A stretch of DNA of 27,232 nucleotides, from IMG/VR virus record IMGVR_UViG_3300032561_000104, positions 1 through 27,232 of that record. One strand, 5' to 3'. Source of the DNA: a virus. Lineage: Duplodnaviria > Caudoviricetes. The position numbers and the translations under genes are program-made. This document shows positions 1-6,948 of this stretch, piece after piece (the stretch's first letter is position 1; the number at the start of each line of letters is the position of its first letter). A model generated the notes under the pieces. The model did no database searches. It was given only the letters and a program-made list of their open reading frames with translations, and was not told the origin of the DNA.

Positions 1-2
1 TC

Positions 3-266
3 AACACGTTACTACAAAGTGCAGGGGCTATCATCGCTAAGCAGTGGCTTGTTCAAATCAAAAAGAACTTGACAGCAGAAAAGATACCTTATAAGCTAGT
101 GGCATGGATTCACGACGAAGTTCAGATTGAGACTCCAGAGCAATATGGGGACACAGTCGGTAAGCTTGTGGTAGAATCAGCCAAAGAAGCAGGAGAGATA
201 TTGAAGTTCCGTTGTCCAGTCGGGGCTGAATATGGAGTAGCAGAAAACTGGGCAGGTAGTCATTAA
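3..266 (+). CDS. DNA polymerase family A (T7 gp5-like), C-terminal fragment; 5' truncated by window edge
   Basis: Frame is open from position 3: NTLLQSAGAIIAKQW...AWIHDEVQ...GENW-like (AENWAGSH). NTLLQSAGA and HDE (motif C) are typical of T7-type PolA. The ORF-track start at 69 is internal. Confidence 0.95.
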   Translation, partial: NTLLQSAGAIIAKQWLVQIKKNLTAEKIPYKLVAWIHDEVQIETPEQYGDTVGKLVVESAKEAGEILKFRCPVGAEYGVAENWAGSH

Positions 267-269
267 ATG

Positions 270-278
270 TGTTATAAT
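270..278 (+). promoter_or_regulatory. Extended -10 sigma70-type promoter upstream of ssb
   Basis: TGtTATAAT at 270-278 in the intergenic gap; weak -35 (TGGGCA, 249-254); AAGGAAGG RBS precedes ATG 320. Confidence 0.65.
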
Positions 279-319
279 AGTAAAGTAGTAAACAACTAAC
301 CAAATTAAAGGAAGGTACT

Positions 320-739
320 ATGAGTACAATTACAGTAGCAGCAGAGTTATATTGGCCTATCTTGTTTGACCCAATGAAGAGTCGTTTTGCTCCAGATAAA
401 CCTCCAGTATGTACAGTGAACTTAGCTAACTTATCAGCAAAGGCTGTAGAGGAATTGAAAGCAATCAATCTATCTCCTCGCAAGGATGAAGTTAAACGCC
501 CTAACGAAGGTCATTTGATTACTTGCAAGAGCCAGTATGCCTTCAATGTATTTAACAAAGATGGTACTGAGTTTGACAAGACTAAGAAGATTGGTAACGG
601 TACTAAAGCTACAGTGAAGTTGAAAGCTTACAAGTACAAGAACGTGCCTGGTTATGGTGCTCAAATCCAAAGTATTACTATTCAGGAATTGGTTGAATAT
701 AACCCAACTCCTGTAGAAGAACTGGACGACGTACTGTAA
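320..739 (+). CDS. Single-stranded DNA-binding protein (T7 gp2.5-like OB fold)
   Basis: IGNGTK motif, IQELVEY followed by acidic C-terminal tail (EELDDVL), position between polymerase and exonuclease. Confidence 0.8.
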   Translation: MSTITVAAELYWPILFDPMKSRFAPDKPPVCTVNLANLSAKAVEELKAINLSPRKDEVKRPNEGHLITCKSQYAFNVFNKDGTEFDKTKKIGNGTKATVKLKAYKYKNVPGYGAQIQSITIQELVEYNPTPVEELDDVL

Positions 740-1422
740 TGGCACATGTCTTAATAGATGGCGACATTATTGGGTATCGCATAGGCTTCTCTACCGAAGA
801 GGAGAATGAGAAGATTGTGCTTTCTCGTTGTGCGACTTTTATTGAGACAATGCTCTGGGAGGACTTGCAAGCTGAGTCCTACCAGGGCTACTTAACTGGC
901 AAGGATAATTTTAGAAATGAAATCGCCATTACTGCTCCATATAAAGGCAATCGCAGTGCCCCTAAGCCTAAGCATCTCCAGCTCATTCGAGATTATCTTG
1001 TCTCAGCTTGGGACTTCAAAATCTCCATCGGGCAAGAAGCAGATGATGAGATTGCGATAGCTCATGTAGAAAACAATTACGAAACAATCATCGCTAGTAT
1101 TGACAAAGATTTCTTACAGCTTAAAGGTAAGCATTGGAACTTTGTTAAGAAAGAAATGACAGAAGTAAACGAAAAAGAAGCATTGCTCAACTTTTATAGA
1201 CAGGTACTTACAGGTGACAGAGTTGATAACATCATTGGTCTCAAAGGCATCGGCCCTGTTAAGGCTGACAAAATCCTCAACGGATGTACAAGTGCAGCAG
1301 AAATGTATACTGCTTGTGTCGAAGCTTACGGTGGCTCAGAAGAACGAGTTACTGAGAACGCAAGACTGCTTTGGCTTAGAAGAACCGTCGGAGAAATCTG
1401 GCAGCCTCCAAGGATGGACTAA
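739..1422 (+). CDS. 5'-3' exonuclease / RNase H (T7 gp6-like, FEN/PIN fold)
   Basis: LIDGD, YKGNR, EADD, SIDKD, GDRVDNIIGLKGIGPVKA (H3TH) motifs. Confidence 0.95.
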   Translation: MAHVLIDGDIIGYRIGFSTEEENEKIVLSRCATFIETMLWEDLQAESYQGYLTGKDNFRNEIAITAPYKGNRSAPKPKHLQLIRDYLVSAWDFKISIGQEADDEIAIAHVENNYETIIASIDKDFLQLKGKHWNFVKKEMTEVNEKEALLNFYRQVLTGDRVDNIIGLKGIGPVKADKILNGCTSAAEMYTACVEAYGGSEERVTENARLLWLRRTVGEIWQPPRMD

Positions 1423-1689
1423 ATGAACTTTATTGATTATTTTGCAATTATCTTTTTTAGTTTTATTTTAATATTTATGCTTTGGGCAATGGCAATGTCT
1501 TTTTTTATTGCGTGTAATGAATATAAAATAGATGAAATAAAATATATTAAACATTGTGATATTTATTTTAAAGACCTTGATTTAATATGGAGATTAACTG
1601 CTGATAAAAGAACTGGTAATAATTCTTTTACTTTAGAAAGTGGAGAGCTTATTGAATTTTATAATAAGTATTTTAAAGGAAATTTATGA
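1423..1689 (+). CDS. Hypothetical membrane protein, AT-rich
   Basis: N-terminal hydrophobic helix; abuts the upstream gene and overlaps the downstream start by 4 nt (ATGA). Confidence 0.6.
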   Translation: MNFIDYFAIIFFSFILIFMLWAMAMSFFIACNEYKIDEIKYIKHCDIYFKDLDLIWRLTADKRTGNNSFTLESGELIEFYNKYFKGNL

Positions 1690-2285
1690 TATTACTACTA
1701 AACAACCACGGACATTCTGACGAAAGGTTTAACGAATATGTTCAACGAGCTTCTCAATTCTATGCTGAGCAGTTATTCCCTAAGCAGCTCCTCAGGCATA
1801 TTGTTGTTACTGTTAAGTTCAATAAGCATTTGGATGCTTTTGGATATACTAACGTTGAAAAAAGGAACACCAAAGGAGCAGCAAGAGAATTCTTAATTGA
1901 ACTCCATCCTTATATCTCAGGTAAAGAAATCTTAAAAACATTAGCACATGAATTTGTACACATTAAACAATATGCAGACGGGGATTTAAATGAAGAGCAA
2001 ACGCAGTGGCAAGGTGAACCCATCGACAGTGATGCAATGGACTATTACGAACTGCCTTACGAAATCGAAGCCCACGGTAGAGAAATCGGTCTATTCACTA
2101 ACTTTGCTAAAAAAGAAAATCTCTGGAATATTTTCGAAGGTGTTAGTAACCCTGACATCCCTGTTAAACCAGTGCCGATAGGGTGGCTACATGAAGACAA
2201 GTTCAGCAAAACAAAAAGGCCGACTGTTGCAGCAAGTAGTGAGGGATTCAATCCTGAAACACTTTCCTCACCTGACGGAGCGTGA
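1686..2285 (+). CDS. Zincin-like metallopeptidase
   Basis: TLAHEFVHIKQ (HEXXH) plus downstream PYEIEA supplying a likely third Zn ligand. Confidence 0.8.
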   Translation: MILLLNNHGHSDERFNEYVQRASQFYAEQLFPKQLLRHIVVTVKFNKHLDAFGYTNVEKRNTKGAAREFLIELHPYISGKEILKTLAHEFVHIKQYADGDLNEEQTQWQGEPIDSDAMDYYELPYEIEAHGREIGLFTNFAKKENLWNIFEGVSNPDIPVKPVPIGWLHEDKFSKTKRPTVAASSEGFNPETLSSPDGA

Positions 2286-2538
2286 TGTTAAAAGTACTTC
2301 GATGGGCGCACAAGGCGAAGATGTACAATTATCTGAAGCTGGTTTTTCAGCATTTTCGTACGGAATAGAATGCAAAAACCTAGCAAAGATAGCAGTCTAT
2401 AAGTTTTATGAGCAAGCAACAACTCATGGCAACGGTGAGCCGTTAGTAGTAGTAAAGCAAAACAGAAGCAAACCTTTAGCAATAGTAGACTTAGAACACT
2501 TTATACAACTAGTGAGGAAAGCAAATGAGCAAAGATAG
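2191..2538 (+). CDS. Holliday junction resolvase / PD-(D/E)xK nuclease
   Basis: SAKQKGR, GAQGED, IECKN and EPLVVVKQNR motifs of Hjc-like phage resolvases. Confidence 0.8.
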   Translation: MKTSSAKQKGRLLQQVVRDSILKHFPHLTERDVKSTSMGAQGEDVQLSEAGFSAFSYGIECKNLAKIAVYKFYEQATTHGNGEPLVVVKQNRSKPLAIVDLEHFIQLVRKANEQR

Positions 2539-2854
2539 ATTTGATTTAGAGTCAGCAATCATGGACGTATGGGCTATCAAAGACCAAGTAAACAATCTTC
2601 GATGGAGAATGTACGACCATCCTGAGCTATTGTCAGAGGACGAAGAACACAATCACATTATGGCTATTGAATATTCTATTGAATTAAACTGTTCGAAGCT
2701 TATGGATACTTTTTGCCAAGTGTTTCAACTCAATGAGTATGCTACTGATGAGATGAAAGCATTACGTAACCGCATTCTTACTAAGATTGAACAAGATGCT
2801 GACAAAGAAGACTTTCATACTTTCCCAGTACCTAAAAAAGGTAAAAAGAAATGA
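2525..2854 (+). CDS. Hypothetical protein
   Basis: 109-aa ORF with GAGG RBS, overlapping both neighbours. Confidence 0.75.
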   Translation: MSKDRFDLESAIMDVWAIKDQVNNLRWRMYDHPELLSEDEEHNHIMAIEYSIELNCSKLMDTFCQVFQLNEYATDEMKALRNRILTKIEQDADKEDFHTFPVPKKGKKK

Positions 2855-3324
2855 AGATTTGTACAAAGTGTAATGAACAAAAATCTTTAATAGAGTATCC
2901 AAAAGATAAAACTAAAAAAGATGGAGTACATACACAATGTAAAGTTTGTCATAGGGAAAGAAACAAAAATAAAAGATTAACTGACCCTGTTTGGCGTGAA
3001 AAAGCTAACGCAAAATCAGCAGCATATAGAAGTAAATTTCCAGATAAAAATAAACAAAGTATTCGTAATGCTACTTTAAAAGCAAAATATGGAATAACTT
3101 CAAAACAGTATGAAGAACTTTTTAAAAATCAAGGTTATTGTTGTGCTGTTTGCGGAAGGAAAGAAAGCAAAGGATATGGTAAAATGCCAGTAGACCATAA
3201 CCATGTAACAGGAAAAGTAAGAGGAATTTTGTGCCAGCCTTGTAATGTAACACTAGGTAAAGTTGAAGAAAAAGAAGAAATACTTTTATCTTTGATTAAA
3301 TATTTGAGAAAAAATAAGGAGTAA
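2851..3324 (+). CDS. Free-standing homing endonuclease, endonuclease VII-type HNH with N-terminal zinc finger
   Basis: CTKC...CKVC N-terminus; KYGIT..Y..L...Q...CAVC, VDHNHVTGKVRGILCQPCN EndoVII signature; AT-rich. Confidence 0.9.
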   Translation: MKICTKCNEQKSLIEYPKDKTKKDGVHTQCKVCHRERNKNKRLTDPVWREKANAKSAAYRSKFPDKNKQSIRNATLKAKYGITSKQYEELFKNQGYCCAVCGRKESKGYGKMPVDHNHVTGKVRGILCQPCNVTLGKVEEKEEILLSLIKYLRKNKE

Positions 3325-3328
3325 TAAA

Positions 3329-4066
3329 ATTAAAATTTTACTGTTAGATATAGAGACGTCACCGATGACAGCTTACGTTTGGGGGATATGGGACCAGAAC
3401 ATCTCACCTAATCACATCATTGATTCTTCAGAGATTCTTTGCTGGGCTGCTAAGTGGATTGGTGAAAAAGAAACAATGTTTGATTCTGTTCATAACTCTA
3501 AACCTAAAAAGATGCTGAAAGGAATCTATGACCTCCTCAATGATGCTGATGCCGTCATTCATTATAATGGTACTAAGTTTGATATTCCTACTCTTAACAA
3601 GGAATTCTTGCTACATAATTTTACTCCACCATCACCTTATAAACAAATTGACCTTTTGCGTGTTGCTCGTAGCCAGTTCCGTTTTCCTAGTAACAAATTG
3701 GACTACGTTGCTCAACGGTTAGGATTAGGTAAGAAGACAGCTCATGCTGGTATGGAGCTATGGACTAAATGTATGGCAGGAGATGAGAGTGCTTGGAAAA
3801 TTATGGAGAAGTACAATAAGCAAGATGTTACTTTGCTTGAAAATGTTTATCATCGTATTTTACCTTGGATTAAACATCACCCTAATTATAACCTCTACAC
3901 TGATGAACATGTGTGTCCGACTTGTGATTCGCATAAACTTCAAAAGAGGGGTCAGGCCGTCACTACTACTAGCACATATCAGCGTTATCAGTGCAAAGAT
4001 TGCGGAACTTGGTCACAAGGCACTAAATCTCTCAAGCCATCTGTTCAAGTAAAAAGGATTGTATAA
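3329..4066 (+). CDS. DnaQ/RNase H-like (DEDD) 3'-5' exonuclease with C-terminal zinc ribbon; probable ATT start at 3329
   Basis: In-frame (I)KILLLDIETSP upstream of ATG 3365 supplies the ExoI D-x-E motif; HYNGTKFD, IDLL, LDYVAQ.LG, YNKQDV; CPTC...CKDC. AAGGAG lies 7 nt before ATT 3329. Confidence 0.85.
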   Translation: MKILLLDIETSPMTAYVWGIWDQNISPNHIIDSSEILCWAAKWIGEKETMFDSVHNSKPKKMLKGIYDLLNDADAVIHYNGTKFDIPTLNKEFLLHNFTPPSPYKQIDLLRVARSQFRFPSNKLDYVAQRLGLGKKTAHAGMELWTKCMAGDESAWKIMEKYNKQDVTLLENVYHRILPWIKHHPNYNLYTDEHVCPTCDSHKLQKRGQAVTTTSTYQRYQCKDCGTWSQGTKSLKPSVQVKRIV

Positions 4067-4401
4067 TGTATTGCGTAACACATCATCGGTACTATCATGC
4101 TCTTTGTGTGGACTGTGAAGCCTTGAAGAAAACTAACTATGGTGCAGGACCTTCAGATAGTTATTATCCTCCTGGTTCTAGCAAAGACATGGTAAACTCT
4201 CCTAATCATTACACTCAAGGCGGTATTGAGACTATTGACTACATCAAAGCTAAGCTTACTCCTGAAGAGTTTAAAGGTTATTTAAAAGGTAACATCATTA
4301 AGTACACTTCTAGAGCAGGTCTTAAAGATGAAGTAGCTCAAGAGTTTAAAAAAGCACAATGGTATATTAGAAAGATGATTGATGAGCTTGACTCTAACTG
4401 A
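4066..4401 (+). CDS. DUF3310 family protein (related to the T7 gp1.7 nucleotide kinase domain)
   Basis: DMVNSPNHYTQGGIETIDYI...GYLKGNIIKY..RAG.K...KKAQWY signature. Confidence 0.85.
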   Translation: MYCVTHHRYYHALCVDCEALKKTNYGAGPSDSYYPPGSSKDMVNSPNHYTQGGIETIDYIKAKLTPEEFKGYLKGNIIKYTSRAGLKDEVAQEFKKAQWYIRKMIDELDSN

Positions 4402-4552
4402 TATAATTTATCGTCTTAAACAGCTAGACGAAATGGATGTAACAGATATTCTTGGTTTAACTACTGAGGATATCTGTGAGAGGTTCTCTGATATAATTGA
4501 AGAGAAAGCAGATTTACTTGAACAACTACTAAAGGACGATGATGACAACTAA
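4382..4552 (+). CDS. Small acidic hypothetical protein (56 aa; not in ORF track)
   Basis: MSLTLTDIIYRLKQLDEMDVTDILGLTTEDICERFSDIIEEKADLLEQLLKDDDDN; fills the gap and overlaps both neighbours. Confidence 0.75.
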   Translation: MSLTLTDIIYRLKQLDEMDVTDILGLTTEDICERFSDIIEEKADLLEQLLKDDDDN

Positions 4553-4763
4553 AAAACCACTACACGATATGGGTCCTCCGATTAAAGATGAGATACCTGG
4601 TTTGCGAGACTTTTTCGCTACTTCGGTTCTCTCAGGGGCAATCTCTGCTGCTGGTGTCCCAGAAACAAATGTAGAAGAGTATTGTGAAGTCATTGCTCAT
4701 TTTAGTTATGCAATGGCAGATGCAATGATGGTAGAAAAGTACAGAAAGAATACGAGGCATTAA
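4539..4763 (+). CDS. Conserved small phage protein (LRD-F/Y-FA motif)
   Basis: GLRDFFA...SYAMADAM pattern common in small phage proteins; AAGGA RBS. Confidence 0.75.
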   Translation: MMTTKKPLHDMGPPIKDEIPGLRDFFATSVLSGAISAAGVPETNVEEYCEVIAHFSYAMADAMMVEKYRKNTRH

Positions 4764-4764
4764 G

Positions 4765-4920
4765 ATGGATTATGCACATACATTATTACTTATTAAAAAG
4801 TACAGCAGTGACTATTTGATTGCTGCCAATGGACGTAAGTTTAAAGAAGCAGCTTTACTGGCTCAGTTTATGAGTGAACTATCTAGCCAGTTAAGTGATA
4901 TTACAAAGGAAATGAAATGA
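4765..4920 (+). CDS. Small hypothetical protein (51 aa; not in ORF track)
   Basis: MDYAHTLLLIKKYSSDYLIAANGRKFKEAALLAQFMSELSSQLSDITKEMK; GAGG RBS; ATGA overlap with next gene. Confidence 0.7.
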   Translation: MDYAHTLLLIKKYSSDYLIAANGRKFKEAALLAQFMSELSSQLSDITKEMK

Positions 4921-5192
4921 TTGATTTAGACCACGTATTTGCAGGATTGAAACGACTTGAAGAAGTATTAAACACAGCAGACCAATTAATGCCTATTGTG
5001 TTTAGTCGTTGTCAGGAATCAGGAACTAGCTTAAAAGATTTAGATGCTATTCAACAAATGTTGTTAGTTCAAGACTTGATTAAGATAGTACAGCCTCTTA
5101 ATGATAAATTGTTAGAGCTACAGACTACAGCTTTTTTTAGAGAGCTACAGCCTCCTCATCCTGCTAATTATCCTGCAGAACCTGTATTGTAA
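4917..5192 (+). CDS. Hypothetical protein
   Basis: 91-aa ORF, AAGGA RBS, last gene before the terminator. Confidence 0.75.
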   Translation: MIDLDHVFAGLKRLEEVLNTADQLMPIVFSRCQESGTSLKDLDAIQQMLLVQDLIKIVQPLNDKLLELQTTAFFRELQPPHPANYPAEPVL

Positions 5193-5216
5193 GATTTCTC
5201 GGTAGTTGTACTTTAT

Positions 5217-5242
5217 GGCCCTGCTTGGTGCAGGGTCTTTTT
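5217..5242 (+). terminator. Rho-independent terminator ending the replication arm
   Basis: GGCCCTGC-TTGGT-GCAGGGTC stem (one G-U pair) followed by TTTTT. Confidence 0.85.
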
Positions 5243-5349
5243 ACATATTATCAAACATGTTCACGTAACGTGTACAAAAAATATTACTGTACGGTAATAA
5301 ATGGTCAAAATATTGCCCAAATGAGCAAAAAACTTACCGAACGGGAATC

Positions 5350-5754
5350 TTATTTAATACCTAGTTGCTCTTTAACGAAAGACTGGAGTGAGACGAGCTG
5401 TTGAGTGGTATTGGCACACTGTAAAGCAAATACAGGGTCTGTGGTGAAGCCATTAACTCTGACGAGGGCATCGCTGGGGCTGGGCACGGAGCTGCTACCA
5501 TTGATGTGCAACCCACTGTACAGAGTAGTAATACGATTAAGCTGATTTTTGTAATCATTGGTTACCTTTTCTGTTACTAGTTGTTGTTGTTTGACTAAAT
5601 CTTTAGTGTGCTCTTCTTGCACTTTAGCTTCTGCTATTACTTGTTCTTTGTAGTTAGCATACCGTAAATGCTCTACATAGAATCCACCAATGAATGAAAG
5701 AACTAATAAACCTACAGCAATAATAAACTTCATATAGATATTAGGTGTAGGCAT
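5350..5754 (-). CDS. Rz: Inner-membrane spanin (i-spanin)
   Basis: N-terminal TM helix followed by coiled-coil; in lysis cassette; contains a nested lipoprotein ORF. Confidence 0.75.
   Translation of the reverse strand: MPTPNIYMKFIIAVGLLVLSFIGGFYVEHLRYANYKEQVIAEAKVQEEHTKDLVKQQQLVTEKVTNDYKNQLNRITTLYSGLHINGSSSVPSPSDALVRVNGFTTDPVFALQCANTTQQLVSLQSFVKEQLGIK
5361..5558 (-). CDS. Rz1: Outer-membrane lipoprotein spanin (o-spanin) nested in Rz
   Basis: Signal peptide with lipobox TVG-C, Pro-rich mature region (APCPAPAMPSSELM), AAAGG RBS inside Rz, different frame. Confidence 0.75.
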   Translation of the reverse strand: MITKISLIVLLLCTVGCTSMVAAPCPAPAMPSSELMASPQTLYLLYSVPIPLNSSSHSSLSLKSN

Positions 5755-5957
5755 TATCTTTCATCCAATGATTTAGTAGTAGTTGCTCGTAAATAAGCTA
5801 AAACAATACCAATGATAAACATTGATATGCTATAGACTTTAGGGTCGATAAGGTCTTGTATATAAGAAGAGTTATCAGAGATAGCACCTAAAAGGACAAT
5901 CAGAAACGAGAACCATATAGTCCTCGACTTCCAAGCACCTTTAAGTCTTTCTTTCAC
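5754..5957 (-). CDS. Putative holin (two TM segments)
   Basis: 67 aa, two hydrophobic stretches, charged C-terminus, between endolysin and spanins; GTG start. Confidence 0.65.
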   Translation of the reverse strand: MKERLKGAWKSRTIWFSFLIVLLGAISDNSSYIQDLIDPKVYSISMFIIGIVLAYLRATTTKSLDER

Positions 5958-6091
5958 TTCTTTTTACCTTTAGCTTTACGCTGAGTAGCTAATGCAATAG
6001 CCACAGCTTGCTTTTGGGGCTTACCAGCTTTCATTTCAGTCTTGATGTTCTTGCTTACAGCTTTTTTAGATTTAGATTTCATTAAGGGCAT
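5954..6091 (-). CDS. Small lysine-rich protein with KQAVAIAL motif (45 aa; not in ORF track)
   Basis: MPLMKSKSKKAVSKNIKTEMKAGKPQKQAVAIALATQRKAKGKKK; AAGGA RBS; GTGA overlap with holin. Confidence 0.8.
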   Translation of the reverse strand: MPLMKSKSKKAVSKNIKTEMKAGKPQKQAVAIALATQRKAKGKKK

Positions 6092-6094
6092 GTC

Positions 6095-6544
6095 TTATCC
6101 TTTATAATTTGCATGTACAAAACAGTCTTGCTCAGCAATCCTGCGGTTTAAAATACCATCGTTATATTTACCTTCTACCATCGCCCATTTAAGAAACTCT
6201 TTAGAAGCAGCTTCTTTGTTTCCTTGTTTAAGAAACTTGAGAAGAGTAGAACGTTTAAAAGCTCCAGTACCTAGATTATAAGTAAAGGATACAAGAGCAT
6301 CGAATTCATTCTGAGTAAGACTAAGATTCTCAGCATTGATTGCTGTCTCTGCAGCAGTTACATCTCGACGAAGAAGTGAGGTAGCTTGTCCCATAGTAAT
6401 AGGACTTCCTTCTATACAGCCATCATCAGGGACCATAAGATGACCATAACCTACTGTCCACTTACCTCCAACGTCTCTGTAAGGCATTGTACGAAAGCCT
6501 TCAAAGTGCTTAATCTGTTCAATACCTGCGTCAGAAGTTTTCAT
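6095..6544 (-). CDS. Endolysin, GH24 (T4-like) lysozyme, no SAR anchor
   Basis: E-x8-D-x5-T catalytic triad (FEGFRTMPYRDVGGKWTVGYG), FDALVSFTYNLG, G..NRR.AE. Confidence 0.95.
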   Translation of the reverse strand: MKTSDAGIEQIKHFEGFRTMPYRDVGGKWTVGYGHLMVPDDGCIEGSPITMGQATSLLRRDVTAAETAINAENLSLTQNEFDALVSFTYNLGTGAFKRSTLLKFLKQGNKEAASKEFLKWAMVEGKYNDGILNRRIAEQDCFVHANYKG

Positions 6545-6948
6545 AGGTTATAGTAAGGAAGTTTAAAGTTAGTACCATTGATGTTGACAATAACAAAACC
6601 TACAGGACTAGAAGGTAACGTATGCGTACCTGCAGTAGCTGTAGTTGCTGTAGTGTTAGTCAATGCTACATTACCTGTCAAAGAAGACGCTGTTACAGTT
6701 ACACCTGAAAGATTACCACCTGTAATATTTACATTGGTTTCATTCTGGGTAGACATTGTACCAAGTCCAAGATTATTCCTAGCACCTGCAGCAGTAGTAG
6801 CTCCTGTGCCTCCAGTAGCAATGCTGTTAACAATGTTTCCATTCTGTGCTTGAGAGATGTAAGTTCCTAAGTTACGAAACCATTCTCTCCAACGAACATT
6901 TTCTTCAATCTTATCTTGAGGAATTGGAGGTAGTAGATTAACAGCCAC
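6541..6948 (-). CDS. Putative virion structural protein (short fibre/needle-like)
   Basis: GGTGATTAAGARNNLGLG and VNITGG motifs seen in phage fibre proteins; Thr/Gly-rich. Confidence 0.55.
   Translation of the reverse strand: MAVNLLPPIPQDKIEENVRWREWFRNLGTYISQAQNGNIVNSIATGGTGATTAAGARNNLGLGTMSTQNETNVNITGGNLSGVTVTASSLTGNVALTNTTATTATAGTHTLPSSPVGFVIVNINGTNFKLPYYNL

Noticed and set aside
69-266. 65-aa stand-alone ORF from the ORF track
   Set aside because: The frame is open to the window edge; it is the polymerase C-terminus.
58-745. Antisense ORFs 58..483 and 470..745
   Set aside because: Shadow frames opposite the well-supported polymerase and SSB genes; no motifs or RBS.
2851-3328. Group I intron carrying the endonuclease within the exonuclease gene
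   Set aside because: The endonuclease ORF fills the whole interval, leaving no room for an intron core, and a new RBS is present downstream.
5238-5262. Possible Xer dif-like or parS site
   Set aside because: Only partial resemblance (ACATATTAT; TGTTCACGT) without the required arms or spacing; no integrase in the window.
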